Assembly (NCBI GenBank): GCA_047150005.1
Contig: AP038806.1
Coordinates: 2,624,001-2,688,000 of the forward strand
DNA: 64,000 nt
Direction: 5' to 3'
Source of the DNA: Nitrospira sp.
GTDB taxonomy: Bacteria; Nitrospirota; Nitrospiria; Nitrospirales; Nitrospiraceae
Shown here: in pieces, positions 39,179 through 48,611 of the stretch
How positions within the stretch are numbered: the stretch's first letter is position 1
Layout: the number at the start of each line of letters is the position of its first letter
Notes under the pieces: model-generated
Database searches by the model: none
What the model saw: only the letters and a program-made list of their open reading frames with translations
What the model was told of the DNA's origin: nothing
Made by a program: the position numbers and the translations under genes

Positions 39179-39823
39179 TCAGGCATACCGATCGTTGATC
39201 CAGGGCAATGCGGTGTTGGAATACCCCCGGACCTCCCAAAATCCCTTTTCGTCTCTGTCCGAAAACGTAATCTCTTTGACCCACTTCGCTCCTTTCCACG
39301 CATACCGTTTCGGAACGATCACCCGCACAGGGCCACCGTGCTCACGAGCCAGAGGGGCTCCATTCCACTTCCAGGCCAGAAGTACGTCATGATCGTCACA
39401 GGCTTCCAGGGGGAGGTTGGTGGTGTAATCGTCGTAGGACTTGAACAGGACGAACTTGGCCAGTGACAACGGGGTGACCGCCGACAGGATGTGTTTGAAA
39501 CTGACCCCTTCCCACTCGTTGTCATAACGGCTCCAACTGGTCACACAGTGGAAATCGGAGACGTCCCTGAACTGGGGCTGCGCCAGGAACTGTTCCCATG
39601 TCCAGGTGACAGGGGAGGTCACGAACCCTCCCAGCGACAACGTCCACTCACTGTGAGGAATTTCCGGCTTAAAACCGAGATCGAGAACGGGAAAGGTTTC
39701 GACGACATGCTGGCCAGGCGGCAGGCGTTCATCACCTTCATGAAAGACCTCCCGTTCCTCTCCACCGCGGCGTGCTTTCGCCCACTGCTCTTTCTTCTGG
39801 ATCAATCGATTCGAGTCGTCCAT
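39179..39823 (-). CDS. Sulfite-oxidase-like molybdopterin-binding oxidoreductase
   Basis: RLPPGQ, DFHCVTSWS, YTTNLPL, HGGPVR, YAWKGAKW, GFWEVRGY. Confidence 0.9.
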   Translation of the reverse strand: MDDSNRLIQKKEQWAKARRGGEEREVFHEGDERLPPGQHVVETFPVLDLGFKPEIPHSEWTLSLGGFVTSPVTWTWEQFLAQPQFRDVSDFHCVTSWSRYDNEWEGVSFKHILSAVTPLSLAKFVLFKSYDDYTTNLPLEACDDHDVLLAWKWNGAPLAREHGGPVRVIVPKRYAWKGAKWVKEITFSDRDEKGFWEVRGYSNTALPWINDRYA

Positions 39824-39980
39824 GTCCAATCCTCCGCTTGCACAGGGTAAGGGAACAAGCGTGTCTCTGACAAGTGCCTCGGGACGAGGACCGCATCGAA
39901 CCAATCTCCTAACTGGTTGTCCTGTAAGGAGGGTAGCTCGACCTGCTACACTTGAAAGGATTCACGCCATACGAGGATTC

Positions 39981-40526
39981 ATGTTCCGACGCGCGCAACA
40001 ATCGATCGGTGTGTGCGTGTGTGTCGCCGTGCTCATCGGCACGCTTGTCAGTCCCGGCCAGGCGGGAGTGAGCGAGGCCAAGGAACAGGTTTCCCCTGCC
40101 GTTGGAACCGAGAAAAAGCCATGGGAGAAACCGACAAAGCAAGGTGCGCTCTCAGGGGCCAGAGCGAACCAGCGACCTGTCGGCGATCAGCGAGCGCACG
40201 TCGTTCAACGACCTAAGCACGTCGCAGGGACTTTCCCGGCGCGCCGCAGTAAGAGTCCTCGGCATACACACGTGAGTAGGATCCCGAAGGCCAAGGTCAT
40301 GATCCAACCGTCTCAGCGGGAGCTGGTGTTTCATGGTCTACTGGAAACCCCGCAGCGGTACGACCCTCGGTTGAATCACCGTACAGCAAGGATGCCGGCT
40401 ATTCAGACACCGGATGTCGCACGGGACCACTTTCTTGAACTTGACCGCAATCAGGACGGCCATGTCGATCCGGTCGAACGGACATTCGGCCGATTGGACA
40501 TGGAGCACGATCTCCAGCCTCGCTAG
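39981..40526 (+). CDS. Exported hypothetical protein with EF-hand-like loop
   Basis: Signal peptide; LDRNQDGHVDPVE. Confidence 0.55.
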   Translation: MFRRAQQSIGVCVCVAVLIGTLVSPGQAGVSEAKEQVSPAVGTEKKPWEKPTKQGALSGARANQRPVGDQRAHVVQRPKHVAGTFPARRSKSPRHTHVSRIPKAKVMIQPSQRELVFHGLLETPQRYDPRLNHRTARMPAIQTPDVARDHFLELDRNQDGHVDPVERTFGRLDMEHDLQPR

Positions 40527-40535
40527 GTCGTGAGC

Positions 40536-40789
40536 TCAAAGCCGGAGGCGGCTCCCCATTCGCTTCCAGCCGATGGACCTCTCTGCACCGCTCGACCTGG
40601 TGAACCTATGTACCTTCGTCGCCGCCTGGTTGACCCGATGGGGTCTTACGGCAACCGACGTTGACAGCTGGAACCGGAATTCCCATGATACGTCTTCAAT
40701 GATGGTCCCGTCGCTCAAGACTCTCCCTGCCGGCGCATCTCAGTCCGTGATCCTTCCCATAAAATCAAAATGCCCTGCTCCGTCATCAT
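40536..40789 (-). pseudogene. Small hypothetical gene, possibly frameshifted near 40717
   Basis: MMTEQGILILWEGSRTEMRRQGES* abuts, in a shifted frame, the ORF SDGTIIEDVSWEFRFQL... Confidence 0.3.
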
Positions 40790-40818
40790 GTTGAGAAGGA
40801 AGAGAACAAGGATGAACT

Positions 40819-42375
40819 ATGATTCACGGTGAACCCGGCTCGATTGCACCCATGGATGAACACAATCGGGTCCTGCTGGAACATGTCCATCCCTCACATT
40901 GGGTGAACCCGGAGTCCAGCGCCCGGTATAACATCGTGGTGCTGGGGGCAGGAACCGCCGGCCTCATTACCGCCGTGGTCGCAGCCGGTATCGGGGCTAA
41001 GGTCGCATTGATCGAGCAGCATCTGATGGGGGGAGATTGCTTGAACGTCGGGTGCGTGCCGTCGAAAGCCGTCATTCGGGCGGCTCGTGCATGGTCGGAC
41101 TTGCGCAACGCGGCTGAGTTCGGACTTCGCATCCCACCCGGTGTCACGTACGACTTTGCAGCGGTGATGGAACGCATGCGCAGACTTCGGGCTCGCATCA
41201 GCCGTCATGATTCCGCTGGTCGGTATGCAGGATTAGGGGTTGACGTATATATCGGCCACGGACAGTTTACTGCTCCCGGAACCATTCGAGTGGAGGGGCC
41301 CGCCGGTGGACGAACGCTGACGTTCGCAAGGGCGGCAATCTGCACCGGAGCACGACCGACGGTTCCGCCGATTCCCGGCCTGAAGGAGGCGGGATGCCTG
41401 ACCAATGAGACGGTCTTCTCGCTCACGGAGCTGCCGCGGCGGCTTGCGGTGATCGGCGCCGGTCCCATCGGGTGCGAGTTGGCGCAGTCGTTCGCTCGGT
41501 TTGGGAGCCGCGTGCATGTCTTCGAGACGCAACATGGGGTGCTTCAACGAGAGGATCGTGATGCCGCGGAGATCCTGCAAGGCCGGATGGAACGCGACGG
41601 CGTGAGCGTCTTCTGTTGCGCAAAGGATCTCCATGTGAGCACGAGTGAGGACGGGACGCACGTGACTCTGACGTCGCACGGTGAACGGCATCATGTGACC
41701 GTCGATCGGATCCTCCTCGGTACCGGCAGAACGGCCAATGTGGAGGATCTCGGTCTTGAGGCAATCGGGGTGGAGATCGACGACGCCGGCGTGAAGGTGA
41801 ATGCCCGGCTGCAAACGACCAATCACACGATCTACGCGGCGGGCGACGTCTGCGCCCGATACAAATTCACCCATGCCGCCGATGCCATGGCGCAAGTCGT
41901 CGTTCAGAACGCCCTCTTTCCTCATCCGTTCGGACTGGCCTATGCGAGCGTCGATTCCTTAACCATACCCTGGTGCACGTATACCCAACCGGAGGTGGCT
42001 CACATCGGGCTCTATGAACACGATGCCAAGGCGTTGGGCATCGAGGTCGAAACGTATACGTACCGATTGGATGAAGTGGATCGTGCCGTCCTTGACGGTG
42101 AGGAGGAAGGCTTTGCCAGAATTCATGTTCGCAAAGGGAGCGACAGGATTCTCGGCGCGACGATCGTCGCGGCCCATGCCGGTGATATGATCAGCGAGTT
42201 CTCGGTACTCATGAAGGCCGGGGCGGGGGCCAAGACGATCGCGGCCGCCATTCATCCCTATCCGACACAAGCCGAGGCCAATAAGAAAGTAGCAAATCTT
42301 TGGCGGAAAGCCCGTTTTACAGAAGGACAAAAGAGCATCTTGAAAAAGTGGTTTGTCTGGACACGAAGAGGATGA
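40819..42375 (+). CDS. Class I pyridine nucleotide-disulfide oxidoreductase (MerA/LpdA-like)
   Basis: GGDCLNVGCVPSK, GAGPIGCE, IHPYPT; no C-terminal Cys pair. Confidence 0.88.
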   Translation: MIHGEPGSIAPMDEHNRVLLEHVHPSHWVNPESSARYNIVVLGAGTAGLITAVVAAGIGAKVALIEQHLMGGDCLNVGCVPSKAVIRAARAWSDLRNAAEFGLRIPPGVTYDFAAVMERMRRLRARISRHDSAGRYAGLGVDVYIGHGQFTAPGTIRVEGPAGGRTLTFARAAICTGARPTVPPIPGLKEAGCLTNETVFSLTELPRRLAVIGAGPIGCELAQSFARFGSRVHVFETQHGVLQREDRDAAEILQGRMERDGVSVFCCAKDLHVSTSEDGTHVTLTSHGERHHVTVDRILLGTGRTANVEDLGLEAIGVEIDDAGVKVNARLQTTNHTIYAAGDVCARYKFTHAADAMAQVVVQNALFPHPFGLAYASVDSLTIPWCTYTQPEVAHIGLYEHDAKALGIEVETYTYRLDEVDRAVLDGEEEGFARIHVRKGSDRILGATIVAAHAGDMISEFSVLMKAGAGAKTIAAAIHPYPTQAEANKKVANLWRKARFTEGQKSILKKWFVWTRRG

Positions 42376-43121
42376 AAAGGGGATTGATCACACCGGTCTG
42401 CTTTTGCGCCTGCTCCCTGATCTTCGGACCTGCCGATGCTCCGGCGGATTCGACCCCTATGCTCCGAGTGGGAGAGTTCTCCGCAGCGCGAATCGGACAG
42501 GGGTTCCCAGAAGGCTGGAAGCCGCTCACATTCAAGAAGATTCTCCGCCACACGATCTACGAGGTGGTGGCCGACGACGAGAAAGTCGTTGTGAAGGCCG
42601 TCAGTGAAGCGGCGGCTTCAGGTTTGGTCAGACAGGTCACGATCGATCCGAAAGAGTTTCCGATGGTGAGGTGGAGTTGGAAGATCGAGAATCTGCTGAA
42701 GAAGAGCGATGTTGCGCTCAAGCAAGGCGATGATTATCCGGCCAGGCTCTACATCACTTTTGCCTACGACCCCGACAAGATCGGCTTTTCAAGGAAACTC
42801 AAATACATGGCCGGGAAAGCCATTTTCGGGGATATTCCCATCGCCGCGTTGAACTACATCTGGGAAACCAGAACTCCCGTCGAGAGCATCGTTCCGAACG
42901 CCTATACCGATTTCGCTCAAATGATTGTCGTCGAAAGCGGGCAGGAGAAAGTCGGACAGTGGGTTGAGGAGGAGCGAAATATTTATGAGGATTACAAGAA
43001 GGCTTTCGGCGGAGAGCCCTCTTTGATCAATGGGGTGGCGATCATGACCGACACGGACGATACCAGGGAACGGGCCGTGGCCTTCTACGGCGACATTGAA
43101 TTTCGACGCTCCGGACGATGA
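42372..43121 (+). CDS. DUF3047-domain exported protein
   Basis: WSWKI, GDDYPARLY, LNYIW, EERNIYEDYKKAFG, AIMTDTDDT. Confidence 0.85.
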   Translation: MKRGLITPVCFCACSLIFGPADAPADSTPMLRVGEFSAARIGQGFPEGWKPLTFKKILRHTIYEVVADDEKVVVKAVSEAAASGLVRQVTIDPKEFPMVRWSWKIENLLKKSDVALKQGDDYPARLYITFAYDPDKIGFSRKLKYMAGKAIFGDIPIAALNYIWETRTPVESIVPNAYTDFAQMIVVESGQEKVGQWVEEERNIYEDYKKAFGGEPSLINGVAIMTDTDDTRERAVAFYGDIEFRRSGR

Positions 43122-43141
43122 GTCGCAGAGGCCGAGGAAAT

Positions 43142-43173
43142 GAAGAGGCCGACCCGTCGGGGGCGGCCTCTTC
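43142..43173. terminator. Hairpin between convergent genes
   Basis: GAAGAGGCCG...CGGCCTCTTC 10-bp stem. Confidence 0.5.
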
Positions 43174-43217
43174 CGGAGACGAGCACGTTCGTGCAGGTGC
43201 GTGGACTCTGCGGGGTG

Positions 43218-43610
43218 TTATTGAATAGAGTTGGCGAACCCACCCCTAGTGATCTCTGCGCGAACAGTGTCCCCGACTTTCTTTTGCTTCATCTGCTTGG
43301 TCCCCTGCCCGACATAGAGCTTGACCTGGTTGCCTTCATAGTCTTCAACGGTGTAGGCGTTGCCTTCGATGTGCTTCACGGTCCCGCCGATCGTCTTCCA
43401 GGCTGGTCCGGGTTTTTCATCGAGCCGCCCGGCCTTGGACACCTCCTGAGTTTGTGGGACCGCTCCCATAGACGAGGCCGCCGCCGCGGCGGACGAATAG
43501 GATTGCGATTTCTTGGAATTCTTGGCCGAGGCCGTTCCTGCGACAAGAAGGGCAATGGCCGTTGTTGCCGCCAACATGGAAAGCAGGATCGTCTTGTCTG
43601 TCTTGATCAT
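43218..43610 (-). CDS. Exported small OB-fold-like hypothetical protein
   Basis: Signal peptide; GTVKHIEG..YTVED..G..VKL...KVGDTVRAEI; AAGGAGG RBS. Confidence 0.7.
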   Translation of the reverse strand: MIKTDKTILLSMLAATTAIALLVAGTASAKNSKKSQSYSSAAAAASSMGAVPQTQEVSKAGRLDEKPGPAWKTIGGTVKHIEGNAYTVEDYEGNQVKLYVGQGTKQMKQKKVGDTVRAEITRGGFANSIQ

Positions 43611-43979
43611 GGAAACCTCCTTAAGGCAATGATTATTCAGCACAAAGACACAGCGCCAGCAAGGCACGTGCCCAGGCCTGCTCTCTTCTTCGACATTGGA
43701 AATACAGAGAGTTTTGATGACATGTCGAAGCTGAAGTCATGGGATGGTCCGTGCCCAGAGAAAAAACGGCACGGAACTGTGCAAATATGACCGTCTGGAC
43801 CGAAACGGCATGAGGTGCGGCATGCACAGACCAGTTCTCATGAGGCAGTGCCTGACTGGTTTCGATCCGGAGTCGAAACCGGGTATGTTCTCCGGAACTC
43901 GTGAACGCGAAGGGAGCGGGTGCTCCTGAACTAGTCTGTGAACCGGTGGTTCGATCGGATCTTTTTAGGAGGACGAGTT

Positions 43980-44522
43980 ATGCGACGTGCGGCGTGGGTG
44001 CTGGTAGGTGTGAGCATGTTGGGAACCGGTCCCGTGGCCGCGCAGCTTCTGCCCCCTGCCTCGGACGATGTGAAAATTCAGGTGACCCAGCAGGAGATGG
44101 ATGAGGATGCTGCTGGGCGGAATCCGACCAGCCATGCCGAAGCCATGGCCCGGCAATTTCACGTGGAGAAGGACGTCGTCCAGCAATTGCGGCAAGCCAA
44201 GGTGGGGTGGGGAGAAATCGGCATTCGACTCGCATTCGCACAGGAACTGACCAAGCAGGATGCCAAGAGTTTCCCGTCGGTGGGAGACGCACTTTCAACA
44301 GTGAGCGATCAACGTGGCAACAGGATCAGATGGGGAATCATGGCGAGCGAGTTCGGCATCGACCTTGGACAGGTCGTCACCCAGGCCCAGCACGTTCGGC
44401 AGCAGATGCGGGCCGAAGCCAAGAAAGAAGCAACGGCTGGGGTGGTCAAGCCCGGAGGACCCCCGTCGGATCGGACGAGCAAGCGAGACGTCGTACCGAA
44501 GCGGGGCGGCGCCTCCCAATAG
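43980..44522 (+). CDS. Exported hypothetical protein
   Basis: Signal peptide; two GWGEI/RWGIMA-like units; AGGAGG RBS. Confidence 0.65.
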   Translation: MRRAAWVLVGVSMLGTGPVAAQLLPPASDDVKIQVTQQEMDEDAAGRNPTSHAEAMARQFHVEKDVVQQLRQAKVGWGEIGIRLAFAQELTKQDAKSFPSVGDALSTVSDQRGNRIRWGIMASEFGIDLGQVVTQAQHVRQQMRAEAKKEATAGVVKPGGPPSDRTSKRDVVPKRGGASQ

Positions 44523-44548
44523 GATCAGCTCCGGTGCTGGAGACCAAC

Positions 44549-45883
44549 GTGAGACGCCGTCGCCCGGTCCGCCGTCAATCCCATCCTGTCGGTCTGCTCC
44601 GGAAGCTTTCGCGCGAGCACCGTTCCTTGCTCCGTGGTCTCGGAAGGATGGCGGACGAACAGCGCGTAGCATTGTATCTGGTGGGCGGAGTGGTCCGAGA
44701 TCTGCTGTTGCACCGCCATAATCTGGATCTCGATGTGGCCGTGGAAGGTGACGGGCTAGCGTTCGCCCGCCTTGTTTGTCGACGGTATCGCGCGACTGCG
44801 ATGTTCTTTGAGAAATTTGCGACCGCCCGCTTGCGATTGCCGAACGGGTTGAAGCTCGACGTCGCCTCCACCCGCAGGGAATCCTACGTGCGTGCGGCTG
44901 CGCTGCCGTCGGTTGAGCCGGCGGCCTTGCGGGATGACCTGCGTCGCCGGGATTTTACGATCAACGCCATGGCGATTGGGTTGAATGCCGGTACGTTCGG
45001 GCGATTAGAGGATCCGTTCGGAGGCGTCCGGGATCTCAGAGCCAAGACGATCCGGGTTCTCCACGAGGGAAGTTTTCAAGATGACCCGACCCGTATTTTC
45101 CGCGCAATCCGGTTTGCGGAGCGGCTCGGCTTCGTCATTGAACCGGAAACCACGCGTCTCCTTGCTGCGGTGGCCGCTACGGATCTCGTCGAACGTTTAT
45201 CCGGCCCTCGCCTTCGGAACGAAATATTTCTTTTGCTCGGCGAGCGACGGCCCGGCCTGGTGGTGGAACGGTTGGTCAGACTGAAACTCCTGCGATTTCT
45301 TCATCCCAGGCTGCGATACGGAAAAACGGGCAGGCAGGTGTTGGAGTCTGTTCCCTCTGCGCTGGCGTGGTGGGGAGCAGAACGAGGTCATCAATCCGTG
45401 GACGTACCGACGCTCCGCCTGATGGCGCTGCTTTCACAGTCGGATCCGTCGGTGATTCGAGTGGTGGCACAGCGTCTGCAACTCTCCTCGGCGCAGGCTT
45501 TGGCCTTGTCCTACGCAAGTGCTCTCACCTCGCAGGTGCTGATGGACCTGTCGAGGGACCGAATCCCGCCGTCCCAGGTGTACCGCCGTTTGACGGGGCT
45601 GCCTGACGAGGCGCTCGTGTTGTTGGTCGCCAAGGCTCAGGCGTCGGTAGACCGTCAGGCAGCGGGTCTGGTGAGGCAACGTCTCCTTCGCTATCTCCGA
45701 AGAGATCGTCATGTCGAAACGACCGTCGGTGGAAGCGACCTCAAGAAGCTGGGGCTTAAGCCCGGTCCTCGATTCAAGATCATCCTGGATCGTCTGTTGG
45801 ATGCGCGGATCGACGGGACGGTGAGGTCCGCGGCCGAGGAGAAGAGGTTGGTCTCACGTCTGGTCCTGCAATCCGCAGGATGA
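44549..45883 (+). CDS. tRNA nucleotidyltransferase (CCA/poly(A) polymerase family)
   Basis: LVGGVVRDLL, DLDVAV, DLRRRDFTINAM, DDPTRIFRAIRF; GTG start with GGAG RBS. Confidence 0.9.
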   Translation: MRRRRPVRRQSHPVGLLRKLSREHRSLLRGLGRMADEQRVALYLVGGVVRDLLLHRHNLDLDVAVEGDGLAFARLVCRRYRATAMFFEKFATARLRLPNGLKLDVASTRRESYVRAAALPSVEPAALRDDLRRRDFTINAMAIGLNAGTFGRLEDPFGGVRDLRAKTIRVLHEGSFQDDPTRIFRAIRFAERLGFVIEPETTRLLAAVAATDLVERLSGPRLRNEIFLLLGERRPGLVVERLVRLKLLRFLHPRLRYGKTGRQVLESVPSALAWWGAERGHQSVDVPTLRLMALLSQSDPSVIRVVAQRLQLSSAQALALSYASALTSQVLMDLSRDRIPPSQVYRRLTGLPDEALVLLVAKAQASVDRQAAGLVRQRLLRYLRRDRHVETTVGGSDLKKLGLKPGPRFKIILDRLLDARIDGTVRSAAEEKRLVSRLVLQSAG

Positions 45884-45925
45884 ACGATGGCAGGAACGGT
45901 CGGCTTGAAGTACCGACCGCGGCCT

Positions 45926-46531
45926 CTATAGCGTCAAGAGCCGCTTGTCGGTTTCCATCTTGCCGAATAAATCGCGAAACGCGGCATGAAGGGCTCGTTC
46001 CATCGCGGCCTTGTCCTTCTTGTCGCCAGGCATCTTTCCGAATCCGGAATACCGCATCAAGGATCGGCCGGTTCGAGGGTCGCTGAGAGTGGCATCCGTC
46101 ACGGCGAGATAGATCTGACTGAAGTCGGAAGCCACGCTGGGGTCGACATACATATTGATGCGGAGCGTCAGATCCAAATCCGCCGTCCCTTCCTGCATGA
46201 CACTCCGAAAGGTTTTCCTCGTCGTCAGATACTTGACGGTCGCGCGTTCCCAATCGGCCGGGTCGTTGGTGGACAGCAATGGGGCGGTCGTGCGGCTCAC
46301 CCGGCTCTGCAGTTGTGGGTCCGCATCCATGCTCGCCCCCGGTTCGACTTCAAAGGTTCCGACTTCGCTGACTTTCACCTTGGCCGAATAGGGGAGGGTG
46401 GAACTCGCGGGGACGACGGGAGTCGGATCGAATGGCGCACGGTGACACCCTGCCGACAGGACGAGCGCAAGTGCTGAGAGGCCCAGTGCCGTCCATGCGA
46501 TGGAGACAGGAACTTTCAACGTGGATGTCAT
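45926..46531 (-). CDS. Putative lipoprotein
   Basis: LSAGC lipobox after a hydrophobic leader. Confidence 0.65.
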   Translation of the reverse strand: MTSTLKVPVSIAWTALGLSALALVLSAGCHRAPFDPTPVVPASSTLPYSAKVKVSEVGTFEVEPGASMDADPQLQSRVSRTTAPLLSTNDPADWERATVKYLTTRKTFRSVMQEGTADLDLTLRINMYVDPSVASDFSQIYLAVTDATLSDPRTGRSLMRYSGFGKMPGDKKDKAAMERALHAAFRDLFGKMETDKRLLTL

Positions 46532-46718
46532 CGGCCGCCCCCTCTGGTAGGTTGCAGATCGCAAGTCAAATCCGCAGCCGGATTTTAACTTACACCCCGA
46601 TGCGTCCTGCTGCAATGGGCTCGGTTGGCGGAGAGCCACCGGGACTGCCATCGACGTTCATCTCGGATGGTGGCACAAGCTTGACTTGAGAGTTCGTCGG
46701 AGACCAGATTGCTCCCCC

Positions 46719-47058
46719 ATGGCATCCCCCATCACTCATGCGGTTGTGGCGGTCGGGCTCCGGGTCCCGCGCGTCCCTCTCCGGTACTGGGCGCTCGGGA
46801 TCTTCTGCGCGGAAGTGCCGGATTTGGATGCATTCGGTTTCTGGGCCGGGCTTCCCTATGATTCGCTGTGGGGGCATCGAGGCGTGACTCATTCCGTTCT
46901 GTTCGCGATGCTGCTGAGTTGGCTGCCAGGTTTCTTCCATGTCGCTTTGGGATCTCCTGGGTCCGCACGGAGTGAACGTGCTGATAAGCGAATGCGCCTG
47001 GGTATGGGTTCCCTGCGCCTCGTTCATGGCAGGAGCGACTGTGACCAGAGGAAGGTAG
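46719..47058 (+). pseudogene. Internally deleted membrane metal-dependent hydrolase (YdjM-like)
   Basis: MASPITH, PDLD, GHRGVTHS present; central part missing; C-terminal SECAWVWVP in another frame. Confidence 0.7.
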
Positions 47059-47138
47059 GGACGGGCGGCCAATCGGCTGACAAACTCTTGAGCGGGATCG
47101 TCTCCCGGCGAGGGGGAGACGAACGGACTCGGTTCTGC

Positions 47139-47822
47139 TCAGCCCATCGGAATGATGGTGGTTGAGACTTCATTCGGCAACAGCACCGTGATCATCATCC
47201 CGTCTTGGCCGTTCGGCTGAAGCAGTGCGAACAGCGGAACCGGTTGCGGTACGGTGTTGGGCGGAATCGTCAACAGCGCGGGAAAGTCGATCAAAGGAGA
47301 AATGGTCGCCTGAGCAGCCAGACGGAGCCGCAACGCCATAAGCACGTCTCTCAGCCGCGCGGATTGTTCTTCCTGAGTCGTGATCCCGTTGGGCGCGATG
47401 CCGGTCTTCCACAGGGTGCGCGTCAGGTTGACAGCGAAGGAAAATCCCAATTGCTTGGCAGCGGGCGTCACATCGATGAGAGCGCCTGTTTCGAGAGCCT
47501 GGGCAACAGGAATTCCTTCGGGCAAGACAGACGACTCGAGTTTCTGTGCCGGTTCCCCGTGTCGGGAAGACCCCGGTTCGGAAGACTCTGTTTCGGGGTC
47601 GGCTGCGTGTTGCGCGGCGCTGTCGTTTGCCGCTGATACGTGATGGTCTGTGGGGCTGTCGGTCTCGATGTCGGATATCTGGGGCAATGCCTTCACAATG
47701 CCGTCATAGACGGTGCGAGCTCTTGCCGACCAGATGGGGTTGAACGGGCGGCGCGTAAACGCCGCCTCCGCCGCTTTCTTCTCGTCATTGGTCAGGAATT
47801 CGCCGGTAGTTTGCGTATCCAT
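47139..47822 (-). CDS. Hypothetical protein
   Basis: Long ORF; QALETGALIDVT...RLRDVLMAL...ITVLLPNE. Confidence 0.65.
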   Translation of the reverse strand: MDTQTTGEFLTNDEKKAAEAAFTRRPFNPIWSARARTVYDGIVKALPQISDIETDSPTDHHVSAANDSAAQHAADPETESSEPGSSRHGEPAQKLESSVLPEGIPVAQALETGALIDVTPAAKQLGFSFAVNLTRTLWKTGIAPNGITTQEEQSARLRDVLMALRLRLAAQATISPLIDFPALLTIPPNTVPQPVPLFALLQPNGQDGMMITVLLPNEVSTTIIPMG

Positions 47823-47951
47823 AGATAGAGGAAGTAAGCACGCTGCACGTGAAGTCAAGGGAGGATGGCAGGCTTCGCGTTCGACCGGGCGAGCCGGGGT
47901 GTGATCAGGCTGCTGGAAGAGATTTTCCCCATCCTGCTATAGTCGAAGGCG

Positions 47952-48587
47952 ATGCGTATCGACTTTTACCGAATCCTGGGCGTCAGCCGCGAGGCTTCCG
48001 ATGAGACCATCAAGAAGGCCTATCGGAAACTGGTGTTTGAGCATCATCCGGACCGGAATCCCAACAGCCGGACCGCCGAAGCCAGGATCCGCGAGATCAA
48101 TGCTGCGTATGAGATCGTCGGCGATCCGGAAAAGCGGCGGAGCTACGATCGGCTGCACTGGGGCGACGAGACCAGGGACGATGTCGTCGACACGGCCGTC
48201 ATTCTCGATGAGATGGAAAAAAAGCTCTTCGACGAGGGACGGAAAGAACTCTTTGCGGTCCTCATGAAGAATGTCCGTCGAATCAAGGACGAGCTCGTCG
48301 TAATCCGTGAACGGACGGTGGCCGATCAGGGATACGATTCATTCAAGGAAACGATCATCCACGCGCGCGCGGCCGAAATCCTGGAGGAATTCATCACCGA
48401 CGAAATGGAGGGTCGTGCGGAGCGCCTGGTCGAGGTGGCCACGCAGATGATGGTCTCGCAAGGGGTGGTCGGGAAAAACGATGAGCCGGGCGTTCGCGCA
48501 CTCCGCAAAGGGCTCGGCGCGATGATCCGCAAAGGGCGCATCCACGGCTACGCCTCGGCGCTGGAATTATTCTACGAACGGCGCTAA
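47952..48587 (+). CDS. J-domain (DnaJ-like) protein
   Basis: DFYRILGVS...IKKAYRKL...HHPDRNP; no zinc finger. Confidence 0.9.
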   Translation: MRIDFYRILGVSREASDETIKKAYRKLVFEHHPDRNPNSRTAEARIREINAAYEIVGDPEKRRSYDRLHWGDETRDDVVDTAVILDEMEKKLFDEGRKELFAVLMKNVRRIKDELVVIRERTVADQGYDSFKETIIHARAAEILEEFITDEMEGRAERLVEVATQMMVSQGVVGKNDEPGVRALRKGLGAMIRKGRIHGYASALELFYERR

Positions 48588-48611
48588 GAAATACTGCTGG
48601 GAACCCAAAAC

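Noticed and set aside
40819..42375. Mercuric reductase merA / mercury resistance
   Set aside because: Lacks the C-terminal Cys-Cys pair and the N-terminal metal-binding domain; no mer operon genes nearby
43767..43783. Sigma54 promoter (CGGCACGGAACTGTGCA)
   Set aside because: GG-to-GC spacing is one base off the strict -24/-12 requirement
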